A DNA stretch of 24,985 nt, from IMG/VR virus record IMGVR_UViG_3300048851_000125, positions 1-24,985 of that record; one strand, given 5' to 3'. Under the pieces are notes generated by a model. It was not told the DNA's origin and did no database searches. It worked only from the letters and a program-made list of their open reading frames with translations. Positions 15,454-23,147 of this stretch are shown here, one piece after another. How positions within the stretch are numbered: position 1 is the stretch's first letter; each line of letters begins with the position of its first letter. Origin of the DNA: a virus (taxonomy: Duplodnaviria; Caudoviricetes). The position numbers and the translations under genes were made by a program.

Positions 15454-16566
15454 ATGGCAAGGCGACTTGAATATATCGATGGCCTTCGCGGGCTGGCAGC
15501 CCTTTCAGTCGTTGTGGCCCACTGGGCCGAAATGATGTTGGCGCGCGAGATGCCGGCCGGACTGAGCGAGATTTTGCGAGCCTGTATCCTTGAATATTTC
15601 AGTCCCGGCAGATTCGGCGTGGTCGCCTTCTTTTGCATCAGCGGGTTTGTTATCCCTTTCAGCTTCAAGGGCTCAAAGCCTTTATCCAGGTTCGGCATCT
15701 CGCGGATATTCAGGCTATTTCCGGCCTACTGGTTGGCCTGCGGGCTTACACTGCTCATGCTGCCGTCAGCTGTAGGATCGACCACACTAACGGGTCTGGT
15801 CGCGAACTTGACCATGGTGCCCAAGGCTCTGGGCCAGCCATATATTCTGGGTGTGACATGGACGCTCGCGCTTGAGCTGGTGTTCTACGCTATCTGCGCT
15901 GCAGCCTTCAAAGCTAGAGTGCTGCATTCCGCGTGGTTCAATATCGCGGCTATGGCAGTTTTCGTTGCCGCAGCGTTGGCGATGGGGGCGTGGCGCTGGG
16001 GCCATTTGGGAAGCGCCCTGCCGGCGGGTACCGCGACTTTTCTAGCTGCGATGCACTACGGCACGCTAATTCGGCTGGGGGTTCTCGAGGGCGACCCGGT
16101 CGCGCAGCGATGGGCCGGCTGGGCAGGCTGCCTGTTGCTGATCGCCGTAACCGTCGCGAACTATCTCGGCTACCGGTACACCAACGGTTCGCAACTTAGC
16201 GTTGTCGCAATCTGTACCGGTTACGCGGCGGGGATCTGGGCGTTTCTTTGGTGTGTGAAGCGGCGGGCCTTCGCAGGCAACTTTGCGGTCTTCCTCGGAG
16301 GGATCAGCTATTCGCTTTACTTGGTGCACCCGATCGTCGCGGGCGTAGCCGCGCCGTTCTGGCCATCGGTGGGTTCTTGGTGGCTGTGGGGCGCTGTGGT
16401 GACGGCGGCCTTTCTCGTGGCAAGCCTTGTGCTTTCGATGGCGATTTACAGGTTCATCGAATTGCCCGCGCAAGAGCTTGGGCGGCGCGCCTCGCGCGGT
16501 CTCGATCAGGCGATGCGGCTGCCAACCATATTTTCGACGACCGCCGCAGGGTCAGCCATCCAGTAG
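15454..16566 (+). CDS. Acyltransferase-3 (OafA/Oac-like) membrane O-acyltransferase
   Basis: RLEYIDGLRGLAALSVVVAH, GVVAFFCISGFVI, SRIFRLFPAYW, WTLALELVFY, LGGISYSLYLVH and YRFIELP, with many hydrophobic segments. Confidence 0.92.
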   Translation: MARRLEYIDGLRGLAALSVVVAHWAEMMLAREMPAGLSEILRACILEYFSPGRFGVVAFFCISGFVIPFSFKGSKPLSRFGISRIFRLFPAYWLACGLTLLMLPSAVGSTTLTGLVANLTMVPKALGQPYILGVTWTLALELVFYAICAAAFKARVLHSAWFNIAAMAVFVAAALAMGAWRWGHLGSALPAGTATFLAAMHYGTLIRLGVLEGDPVAQRWAGWAGCLLLIAVTVANYLGYRYTNGSQLSVVAICTGYAAGIWAFLWCVKRRAFAGNFAVFLGGISYSLYLVHPIVAGVAAPFWPSVGSWWLWGAVVTAAFLVASLVLSMAIYRFIELPAQELGRRASRGLDQAMRLPTIFSTTAAGSAIQ

Positions 16567-16629
16567 GCCCTTCTCCACCGCCGCATGTGAAGCTCGCGGC
16601 TTAAGACCCTCTATCCATCGCCAATTCCG

Positions 16630-16656
16630 AGGGCGGTCCTGTCCCAGGGCCGCCCT
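16630..16656 (+). terminator. Stem-loop after the acyltransferase (possible terminator)
   Basis: AGGGCGGTCCTG-TCC-CAGGGCCGCCCT, 12-bp stem with one G:U and a poor U-tract. Confidence 0.4.
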
Positions 16657-16708
16657 TAGCCGTGCCTGGCGCAGATAAATGATCGACAGCAATCTTGGAA
16701 GGAACGAC

Positions 16709-17173
16709 ATGAAGCAACTGCTCCGCTGGGCGGGCGCGATCGCGCTTGCCCTCTCCCCTTCGCTCGCGTCCGCGCAGTCGGTCGGCAGCTCGGTCATCTT
16801 CCCCTCGGGGTGGGCGCCAGGGCAATCGATCTGCGTCCGGTCCGTCGCCGACGGCACCTGCTCGCCGGTGAGTTCCGCCAGCCCGCTGCCGGTCACGACC
16901 GCACCGAGCGCATCCGCTCCGATACAGCAGGGCGGAACGATCGCTGCTGGCGGCACGGCGGCGGTCACCTTCGTCTCGGGCTCCGACACCGAGATCGTGA
17001 ACCCTTCGAGCGTCACCCTTTGGGGGTCGTGGGGCACGCCCGCGGCGAACGGCGTCAACAGCTACCCGATCAACGCTGGCGGGTCCTACCGCCCGCCGAA
17101 CCGGCCGGTCGGCACGTTCACCCTGCTCAACCCCAACGCGGCCGCGCAGCCGTACACCGCGACGAGGTTCTGA
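16709..17173 (+). CDS. Secreted small beta-rich protein (Sec signal peptide)
   Basis: RBS GGAAGGA then ATG 16709. MKQLLRWAGAIALALSPSLASA|Q signal peptide, a Cys pair and a PVSSASPLPV motif. Confidence 0.7.
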   Translation: MKQLLRWAGAIALALSPSLASAQSVGSSVIFPSGWAPGQSICVRSVADGTCSPVSSASPLPVTTAPSASAPIQQGGTIAAGGTAAVTFVSGSDTEIVNPSSVTLWGSWGTPAANGVNSYPINAGGSYRPPNRPVGTFTLLNPNAAAQPYTATRF

Positions 17174-17176
17174 CCG

Positions 17177-18523
17177 ATGAACATTCTCCGCCTCATCATG
17201 CTGTCGCTGTTGCTGCTCGCCTCGAGCCTGGCGCCGGCGCAGCTGGTCAATCCGTCGGGGCCCGCCGGCGCCGCGGGCTTCATTCCCGGCAACACGATCA
17301 CCTCGATCGGCGACAGCCGCATCCAGTCGCAGTGCCAGGACTATCCGAGCTGCAATAACGTCTCCGCCCGCAGCTTCATCAACTGGGCGAACGCGCTGTC
17401 CGGTCGCCGGATGGTCATCATGGGCCAGTACGGCGTGGCGGGCGACACGACGACGCAGATGCTGGCCCGCCTGCCCGCCGCGCTGGCGCGCAAGACGGCC
17501 TTCCTGGTCATCTGGGGCGGGGTCAACGACATCGGCGCCGGGACGACCGAGACGGTGCCTTTCGCCAATATCGTGACGATGGCGAACGCCGCGCTCGCGC
17601 AGGGCACGCGCCCGATCATCATGCTCGACACCGGCAGCGGCGCGTTCACCGCGCCGCAGACCGGCTACATCAACGACCTGAACCAGCGGATCCTTCAATA
17701 CGCCACGGCCAACCCCGGAGTGATCGTGTTCGACCCGCGCGAAGTCGTCCTCGCCCACACGAACACCGGGTCGAGCGCATACAAGGCCGGCTTCAGCCAG
17801 GACGGACTCCACTCGAACCTGCTCGGCTATTACTGGACCGGCGTCGCCTTCGCGCAGCTGATCCAGCAGCTGATGCCTCCGCTGCCGCAGCAGGCGACCT
17901 TGCAGACCGATTCTCGCGGGTTCGGCACGGCCGCGCTGCTGGTCAATTCGATGTTCACGAACACGACTGGCGGCACGCTCGGCGCGGGCGCGTCGGGCAC
18001 GGCGCCGCCCAACGGGTTCACCGTCTTCACGGGCGGGCCGGCGGGCGCAACCGTCACGGTCAGCGTCGCCGCTGCGACGGCCATCGACATCACCGGCGCG
18101 GCGCTGGGCAACGAGCTCGTGCTCGCGGCGACGTGCACGTCGGCCGCAACGCCGGCTGCACCGCAGACGATCTCGATCCAGCAGGGCCTCACGAACGCCG
18201 ACTTCACCGGCGGGGTGACGCAGGCGGTTGCAGGCGCGGAGATCAGCGTCACGGCAGGCGCGACGGGCCTTGCCGGCATCACCACCTACATGAACGTGGC
18301 GTCAGCAGCGGCGACGAACGTGGTCTATGACCTCTACCCCGATCCCGGCATCAACTACGGCCAGATCCCCGGCGGCTATACCGCGGTCGCGCAGACGCCG
18401 GTGATCACGGCGCCGGCCGGCGCAGTCACCGGCTCCAACTGGTTCACCCGCGCCTACTGCACCGGAGCGGGCACGTTCACGTTTCGCGTGCGTCGACCCT
18501 GGGCCCGGAAGGTGCTGCCGTGA
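17177..18523 (+). CDS. Secreted SGNH/GDSL hydrolase (esterase) with C-terminal beta-sandwich domain
   Basis: Signal peptide MNILRLIMLSLLLLASSLAPA|Q. Blocks I IGDSR, II GVAGDTT, III GGVNDI and V QDGLHSN. Confidence 0.88.
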   Translation: MNILRLIMLSLLLLASSLAPAQLVNPSGPAGAAGFIPGNTITSIGDSRIQSQCQDYPSCNNVSARSFINWANALSGRRMVIMGQYGVAGDTTTQMLARLPAALARKTAFLVIWGGVNDIGAGTTETVPFANIVTMANAALAQGTRPIIMLDTGSGAFTAPQTGYINDLNQRILQYATANPGVIVFDPREVVLAHTNTGSSAYKAGFSQDGLHSNLLGYYWTGVAFAQLIQQLMPPLPQQATLQTDSRGFGTAALLVNSMFTNTTGGTLGAGASGTAPPNGFTVFTGGPAGATVTVSVAAATAIDITGAALGNELVLAATCTSAATPAAPQTISIQQGLTNADFTGGVTQAVAGAEISVTAGATGLAGITTYMNVASAAATNVVYDLYPDPGINYGQIPGGYTAVAQTPVITAPAGAVTGSNWFTRAYCTGAGTFTFRVRRPWARKVLP

Positions 18524-19089
18524 GCGCGCCCGGCATCCTCCCCGCTTTGGTCGCTTCGCCCAACGCCATGCCGGGGGGCGTCTTCATGACCGAGCCCGCC
18601 GTCATCCACATCGTCGGAATCACCGCGGTCTGGATCATCTTCCTGTCGTCGATCCGGTTCGCGCTCGCCGGGTTCCACGGGCTGAAGCCAGTCATTCTAT
18701 GCGCCTGGCATCTGGTACGGTGCGGCGGGCGCGACAAGCCGACCTGTCGCAAACAGTTCATGGCCAGCGTCGATCGACAATATGCCGAATTGCTGATCGC
18801 CATCACGACGCCCTGGTCCGTCATGCTGCTGTTTGTGGGCATGGTGCTGCTCGGGCTGGGGCTGTCATTCGGCAGCGTCGGCGACGTCGTGCAGCTGGTC
18901 GCGCGCGCCCCAGGACGGTGGGAGGGGCTCGACCGTGTCATGGATCTCGCCGGCGCCGTCGCGATGTGTACCGGCATGGCCGCCGTCCACGCCGCGGTAA
19001 CGAAACGGCGCTCGCTCAGCCTGATTATCAGTGCTGGTTTCGCACTCATGGGCGTCGGGATCGGCGTAGTATCGGCAGCATATCCGTGA
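18520..19089 (+). CDS. Multi-pass membrane protein in the lysis cassette (start uncertain)
   Basis: About 4 hydrophobic segments. GTGA overlaps with both the SGNH gene and the downstream holin. Confidence 0.6.
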   Translation: MSAPGILPALVASPNAMPGGVFMTEPAVIHIVGITAVWIIFLSSIRFALAGFHGLKPVILCAWHLVRCGGRDKPTCRKQFMASVDRQYAELLIAITTPWSVMLLFVGMVLLGLGLSFGSVGDVVQLVARAPGRWEGLDRVMDLAGAVAMCTGMAAVHAAVTKRRSLSLIISAGFALMGVGIGVVSAAYP

Positions 19090-19427
19090 ACATCAAAGAC
19101 AGCTGGCCTGCGTTCGCGCTGATGGTCTTCGCGGTTGCGTCCGGCCAGATCGGTCGCCTAGGTCAAAAATACGAGCGCGGCGACGCGATCGGAAGCAAGC
19201 AGGTCGTCGTCGAGATGACCATGCTTCCCGCGTTCGGCGCGCTAGGCGGCGCGCTCGCTGCTGAATATTCGTGGCCGATCTGGATGATCCTCGCGGCCGG
19301 CATCTCCGCTGGCTGGCTCGGGTTCGCGACCTTCCGCCTGATCGTCACAGTGGTGAAGATAATCGCGCAACAGGCATCGGGCATCAAGATCGAGCCGCCC
19401 GAGATCGACGACAAGCCGCCCGCGTAG
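19086..19427 (+). CDS. Putative holin
   Basis: GTG 19086 overlaps the upstream TGA. VNIKDSWPAFALMVFAVASG...AAGISAGWLG, about 3 TM segments, charged C-terminus, upstream of the endolysin. Confidence 0.7.
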   Translation: MNIKDSWPAFALMVFAVASGQIGRLGQKYERGDAIGSKQVVVEMTMLPAFGALGGALAAEYSWPIWMILAAGISAGWLGFATFRLIVTVVKIIAQQASGIKIEPPEIDDKPPA

Positions 19428-19459
19428 CGGTCCGCCGAACAGGGCAGCTCGGCGGACCG
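19428..19459. repeat. Perfect 11-bp inverted repeat between holin and endolysin
   Basis: CGGTCCGCCGA (19428-19438) / TCGGCGGACCG (19449-19459), starting immediately after the holin TAG. Confidence 0.7.
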
Positions 19460-19534
19460 GGCGGCGAACGGGGAGGCGCACCACCTCCGCCATCACGGCA
19501 GCGTCACAACACAAAGTCAAGTTGGAGAACAACC

Positions 19535-20152
19535 ATGACGACGGTATCACCGGCGAAAGCACCCGCGCGTCCTGCGCACGGGCTGGCAACGCCGTCTAAG
19601 TTCTTTGCGGCGATTCGCCCGCTGTTTGGCGCGTTGACGAAAGTACAGGTCGAGGGGATCGAGGCTAAGCTCGCAGCGTTCGCTGCGGCCGGGTCGCCAC
19701 TGGCCTATGTAGCCTACGGGCTTGCTACGTCCTTTCACGAGACCGATCGCAAGATGCAGCCGGTGCCGGAGATCGGCCGCGGCCGCGGCAAGCCATATGG
19801 AAAGCCGAGCAAGCATGACGGGCAGATCGCGTACGGCCGCGGCGATGTCCAGCTGACCTGGGACTTCAACTACCAGCGCGCCGATGACGAGCTCGAGCTG
19901 AAGGGCGCGCTCACCTCGAACTACGACCGGGCGATGGAGACGGAGATCTCCGCGGCCATCATGGTTCGCGGCATGACCGAGGGGTGGTTCACCGGGAAGA
20001 GCTTCGCCAGCTATCTGCCGGCCAAGGGCGCCGCCACGCTGAAGCAGTTCATCTCCGCGCGGCGCATCATCAACGGCGTCGACCGCGCCGAGCTCGTCGC
20101 CGGTTACGCGATGAAATTCCAGACGGCGCTGGTCGCGGGCGGTTGGGCATGA
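19535..20152 (+). CDS. Endolysin, glycoside hydrolase family 19 (chitinase-like)
   Basis: RBS GGAGA then ATG 19535. AYGLATSFHET...MQPVPE, YGRGDVQLTWDFNY, GWFTGK and ARRIINGVDRAELVAGYA. Confidence 0.9.
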   Translation: MTTVSPAKAPARPAHGLATPSKFFAAIRPLFGALTKVQVEGIEAKLAAFAAAGSPLAYVAYGLATSFHETDRKMQPVPEIGRGRGKPYGKPSKHDGQIAYGRGDVQLTWDFNYQRADDELELKGALTSNYDRAMETEISAAIMVRGMTEGWFTGKSFASYLPAKGAATLKQFISARRIINGVDRAELVAGYAMKFQTALVAGGWA

Positions 20153-20232
20153 GCCTATGGATCGCCTTTGTCGGCGGCTGCATTCTGGGGGCCGGCGCCT
20201 ACTTTCTCCGGTGGTGGCTCCAAAAGCCGTGA
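20149..20232 (+). CDS. 27-aa single-TM micro-protein coupled to the endolysin
   Basis: ATGA overlap with the endolysin stop. MSLWIAFVGGCILGAGAYFLRWWLQKP. Confidence 0.5.
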   Translation: MSLWIAFVGGCILGAGAYFLRWWLQKP

Positions 20233-20380
20233 GCGGCGCGCGCTAGGTAATAGCTCGCTGTCACGCTCGCAGCGCCCACGAACATAAACGCCGCCTTTTC
20301 CCAATCCATCGTCACACTCCGAATCGCGCCGTTGACGCTTCTCCGCGCTCGGCATCGATTCGGCAACCGAGGACTGAACC

Positions 20381-20692
20381 ATGAAGAAGACCATGCTGGC
20401 TGCGCTGTGCGCGGCCTCGATGACGTGCGCCTGCACCACGATCTCCCCGCCCCCGGTTGCCGCGATCGATCGCGCGCAGGTAGCCTATGAGCGGGTCGCT
20501 GCGTCGGCCGAACTGATTCTACCGTTCGTGTCGCCGGAGCGCGCCGCGCGGATCCGGCTGGCGATGGCGCTGACCGAAAGCGGACTGCTCCTAGCGCGCA
20601 ATGCCGCGACCGAGGCTGAGCGCATGGCGGCGCTGAAGCAGGCTGAGGCAGCGACTGCGGCTGTCGTCGCGACTGCCACGCCGCCTACCTAA
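20381..20692 (+). CDS. Lipoprotein (possible spanin-like lysis component)
   Basis: RBS GAGGA. MKKTMLAALCAASMTCA|C lipobox-like, Pro linker and Ala-rich helices. Confidence 0.65.
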   Translation: MKKTMLAALCAASMTCACTTISPPPVAAIDRAQVAYERVAASAELILPFVSPERAARIRLAMALTESGLLLARNAATEAERMAALKQAEAATAAVVATATPPT

Positions 20693-21012
20693 GGCATCGG
20701 CCTCCGCAACGGCTCTGGCGGTAGCGGGCTATCCTCGTCCGGCCAGTACCGCGGCTCCGGTGCGTGTGATCGCATATCGATACTGCCCCGCGAGCTCTGC
20801 ATTGCGCGGACGTCCGGCCGGCTGTCGTATGGTCGCTTGCCGCAGCTCGAGCAGCGGAAGTGCCTCTTCATATCGGGGACGAGGTAGCTGTCCGGGTACG
20901 CGTCGACATTGACCTCGGCGCCTCGCCCGCAGCTGCAGGCGAGCGCGACGCTCCGGATGCCGAGGGACCGCATGTTCGCCAAGTCCATTACGCGTGCGGC
21001 GGGGCTGGCCAT
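20689..21012 (-). CDS. Small Zn-ribbon protein (CxC...CxxC)
   Basis: ATG at 21012 overlaps the upstream TAA. ALACSCGR...HFRCSSCGKRP. Confidence 0.7.
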   Translation of the reverse strand: MASPAARVMDLANMRSLGIRSVALACSCGRGAEVNVDAYPDSYLVPDMKRHFRCSSCGKRPYDSRPDVRAMQSSRGSIDMRSHAPEPRYWPDEDSPLPPEPLRRPMP

Positions 21013-21191
21013 TAGCAGGCCCTCTTCTCGTACGCGATCGCATCGACGGCCGCGGCGATGCGCCGCCAATCCTCAACCGCAACCTTGTCGTCGAGCACGT
21101 TGCTCAACTCGCCGATGATGAAGGCGGCTGACAGGTCACCATGTTCGCCGAAGATCTCGGCCGCCTTGATCCATACGTCCCGGTCAGTCAC
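21012..21191 (-). CDS. 59-aa hypothetical protein (DUF6961-like); absent from ORF track
   Basis: VTDRDVWIKAAEIFGEHGDLSAAFIIGELSNVLDDKVAVEDWRRIAAAVDAIAYEKRAC*. Overlaps both neighbouring genes. Confidence 0.65.
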   Translation of the reverse strand: MTDRDVWIKAAEIFGEHGDLSAAFIIGELSNVLDDKVAVEDWRRIAAAVDAIAYEKRAC

Positions 21192-21345
21192 TGGACGGGA
21201 AGTCGTTCACGAACGCGAGCAGCACGCCGAGGTCGTCAGCCGTCATGCCGCTGTCTTCGTCGATCACGTCGCCGGGGTTCCAGCCGGCAAGGAACGCCGT
21301 CACGCGAGCGACGGCGTCGTTGAGGTCAGGTGCTTCGTCGGCCAT
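21184..21345 (-). CDS. 53-aa acidic hypothetical protein; paralog of 21348-21596; absent from ORF track
   Basis: RBS AAGGA. MADEAPDLNDAVARVTAFLAGWNPGDVIDEDSGMTADDLGVLLAFVNDFPSSD*. Confidence 0.7.
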   Translation of the reverse strand: MADEAPDLNDAVARVTAFLAGWNPGDVIDEDSGMTADDLGVLLAFVNDFPSSD

Positions 21346-21347
21346 GC

Positions 21348-21596
21348 TCAGTCCTTCGCAGTAATCGGTACCGACGCTCGGCCGTAGCGCCGCGCTGCCT
21401 CTTCCATGCTCAGCGTCTCGATCTGCCCCTGCTGGCGGGTCGCATGCAGATGCCGCAGGATCAGCCCGAGGTCATCCTCGGTAAGGTCGAAGCCTTCTTC
21501 GATCACCATGCCTTCGCGGAGCGTCTCGACCCAAGCCGCGAGCCGGTTGCATGCGGCGCCAAGGGCGGGGTCCGCGGAGTCGTCAAAAGGAGCCAT
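21348..21596 (-). CDS. Hypothetical protein; paralog of 21184-21345
   Basis: Shares A--R--A...G-VI-E...T-DDLG--L with the downstream gene. First gene of a 4-gene minus-strand operon. Confidence 0.65.
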   Translation of the reverse strand: MAPFDDSADPALGAACNRLAAWVETLREGMVIEEGFDLTEDDLGLILRHLHATRQQGQIETLSMEEAARRYGRASVPITAKD

Positions 21597-21641
21597 CTGA
21601 CGAGTCTATGCGGTCGCGCACGATTCGGGCAAGGTGCGCGC

Positions 21642-22076
21642 ATGGACGAGCTGACCACCTCCATCGTCGGGATCGACTTCCCGAACCCCGACAAGACCAA
21701 CCGGCGCATGGAGTGCATGTTCTGCGCGCCCGGCGACCCGGTCGAGCTGCGGCCCGAACCGACCAACCCCCACGACAGCAACGCGATCGCCGTCTGGTCC
21801 GAACGCGGCGTGCAGCTGGGCTATGTCAGCGCCGAGCGCGCCCCGCTGATCGGCAAGCGGATGCAGGGAGACGAGGCGGTCGCCGTGTTCCAGGCGATGC
21901 ACGGAAGCGGGGCCTATATCCGGATCCGGTTCGGAGGCGGGCTTCCTACCCTGCCCGCCCCGGTCCCTGATGCTACGAAGCCCGCCCCTCCCCGCCAGAT
22001 GCGGCCGGCGCAGCGACCGGCGTACGATCCCCACGCCTTTTATCCGGACGAGGAAGGGCCTGAGTTCGGGGCCTGA
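21642..22076 (+). CDS. Stand-alone HIRAN domain protein
   Basis: IVGIDF...GDPVELRPEPTNPHDSNAIAVW...QLGYV, followed by a Pro-rich tail. Likely start is ATG 21642. Confidence 0.88.
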   Translation: MDELTTSIVGIDFPNPDKTNRRMECMFCAPGDPVELRPEPTNPHDSNAIAVWSERGVQLGYVSAERAPLIGKRMQGDEAVAVFQAMHGSGAYIRIRFGGGLPTLPAPVPDATKPAPPRQMRPAQRPAYDPHAFYPDEEGPEFGA

Positions 22077-22091
22077 TCATCGGCGACGGTA

Positions 22092-22673
22092 TCATGTTCG
22101 CGGCAGGGCTGGCTCTTGCTGCGGCAGCGCCACGAAGGGGTCCACGATGCCCGCGGGCGGGGCCATTTTGTGGAAGGTGGCAATGTGCCTACCCAGAACC
22201 AAAGCTGTTTGTAGAAGCTGCACGTCGTTTTCTACGATCTGGACAACCTCTTGAGCAGTTACCCCTTGCTGGAACGGCGAGGTGGGGTCGTAGTTCTCGC
22301 TTACTGCTTTGACGTACGTGTAAAAGCGCGCAATTCTGTCTGCCATGTACGGATGAAGCAAGCCTATCTTGCTCGTCGACGCCTCGTAAATGACGAAGTA
22401 ATTATGGCGAAGAGAAATTGTTAGAAAATTGGCGGGTTCGTGTGCTCGGCCAGCTTGCACCAGCTCGAAGGCCTCAAACCCGCATGCAGTGATGGCCTCG
22501 AGGAATTTACGATGATCCATTAGGCGGACTAGCGCCTCGACCTCTGCAACGAGCGCGGCGAGAAGGCTCTCTGCGTCCCTTTTTCGCGCTCGATCCGCTT
22601 CCCAGGCGCGCACCCCGCCCCCGAGCAGAATGCCGCCGATCGCTGCGGTCGCACCGATAAATGCCGCGTCCAC
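22092..22673 (-). CDS. Hypothetical protein with N-terminal TM anchor (lower-GC moron-like gene)
   Basis: AAFIGATAAIGGILLGGGV TM segment then a helical body. Visibly more AT-rich than the flanks. Confidence 0.7.
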   Translation of the reverse strand: MDAAFIGATAAIGGILLGGGVRAWEADRARKRDAESLLAALVAEVEALVRLMDHRKFLEAITACGFEAFELVQAGRAHEPANFLTISLRHNYFVIYEASTSKIGLLHPYMADRIARFYTYVKAVSENYDPTSPFQQGVTAQEVVQIVENDVQLLQTALVLGRHIATFHKMAPPAGIVDPFVALPQQEPALPRT

Positions 22674-22854
22674 CAGATTACCCCTCCGCCTTAGTTGTTC
22701 GAGATCGGGCCTACATCCTTATGCGCTTGCCCGTCCAACCATCCATAGCCGATGCCGGGGTGAGGCGGACGATCATGCGGCCGCGCGTCTTTGTCTTGCA
22801 CCCCGCGAGCGGCGCGCGCACCATTGGCCGCGAGAAAGTGATAGGACGATCGAC

Positions 22855-23142
22855 ATGACGCGCGCCGGTATCAAGTTCGAGATGGGCTCCGGCCGTTACG
22901 ACTTCGACGCGGAAATTTTCCGGTTCAACGCCACCGATGACAGGGGGCCAGTCCCATGCGCTATCTCTCGTGAGGCCTTTGAGGACCTGTTTCACGTCAC
23001 GATCAGACCCGAGGCGGCTGACCGGCAGTTTGCTGGCAACGAGGCTCTGATTTTCAAGATCGCGGAACAGAAGTTTTACCGCGGAGGGCTGAACGACCGT
23101 GGAGCGATAGCGATCAGCACCCGGGATCGATTGGTGCAGTAA
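22855..23142 (+). CDS. DUF1488 family protein
   Basis: RBS AGGA then ATG 22855. YDFDAEIFRF...VPCAISREAFEDLF...IAEQKF...IAIST. Confidence 0.75.
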   Translation: MTRAGIKFEMGSGRYDFDAEIFRFNATDDRGPVPCAISREAFEDLFHVTIRPEAADRQFAGNEALIFKIAEQKFYRGGLNDRGAIAISTRDRLVQ

Positions 23143-23147
23143 GCAGG

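Noticed and set aside
13668-17276. GPAGAA-encoding ~18-nt near-repeat in the tailspike (about 13668) and SGNH gene (about 17259) as a recombination/shuffling site
   Set aside because: Short, almost all G/C and imperfect, so expected by chance. No invertase or reverse transcriptase nearby.
20233-20380. Possible sRNA or LexA box in the gap before the lipoprotein
   Set aside because: Only an imperfect hairpin (GAATCG...CGATTC) and a single GAAC half-site, with no GAAC-N7-GAAC or GTTC-N7-GTTC match.
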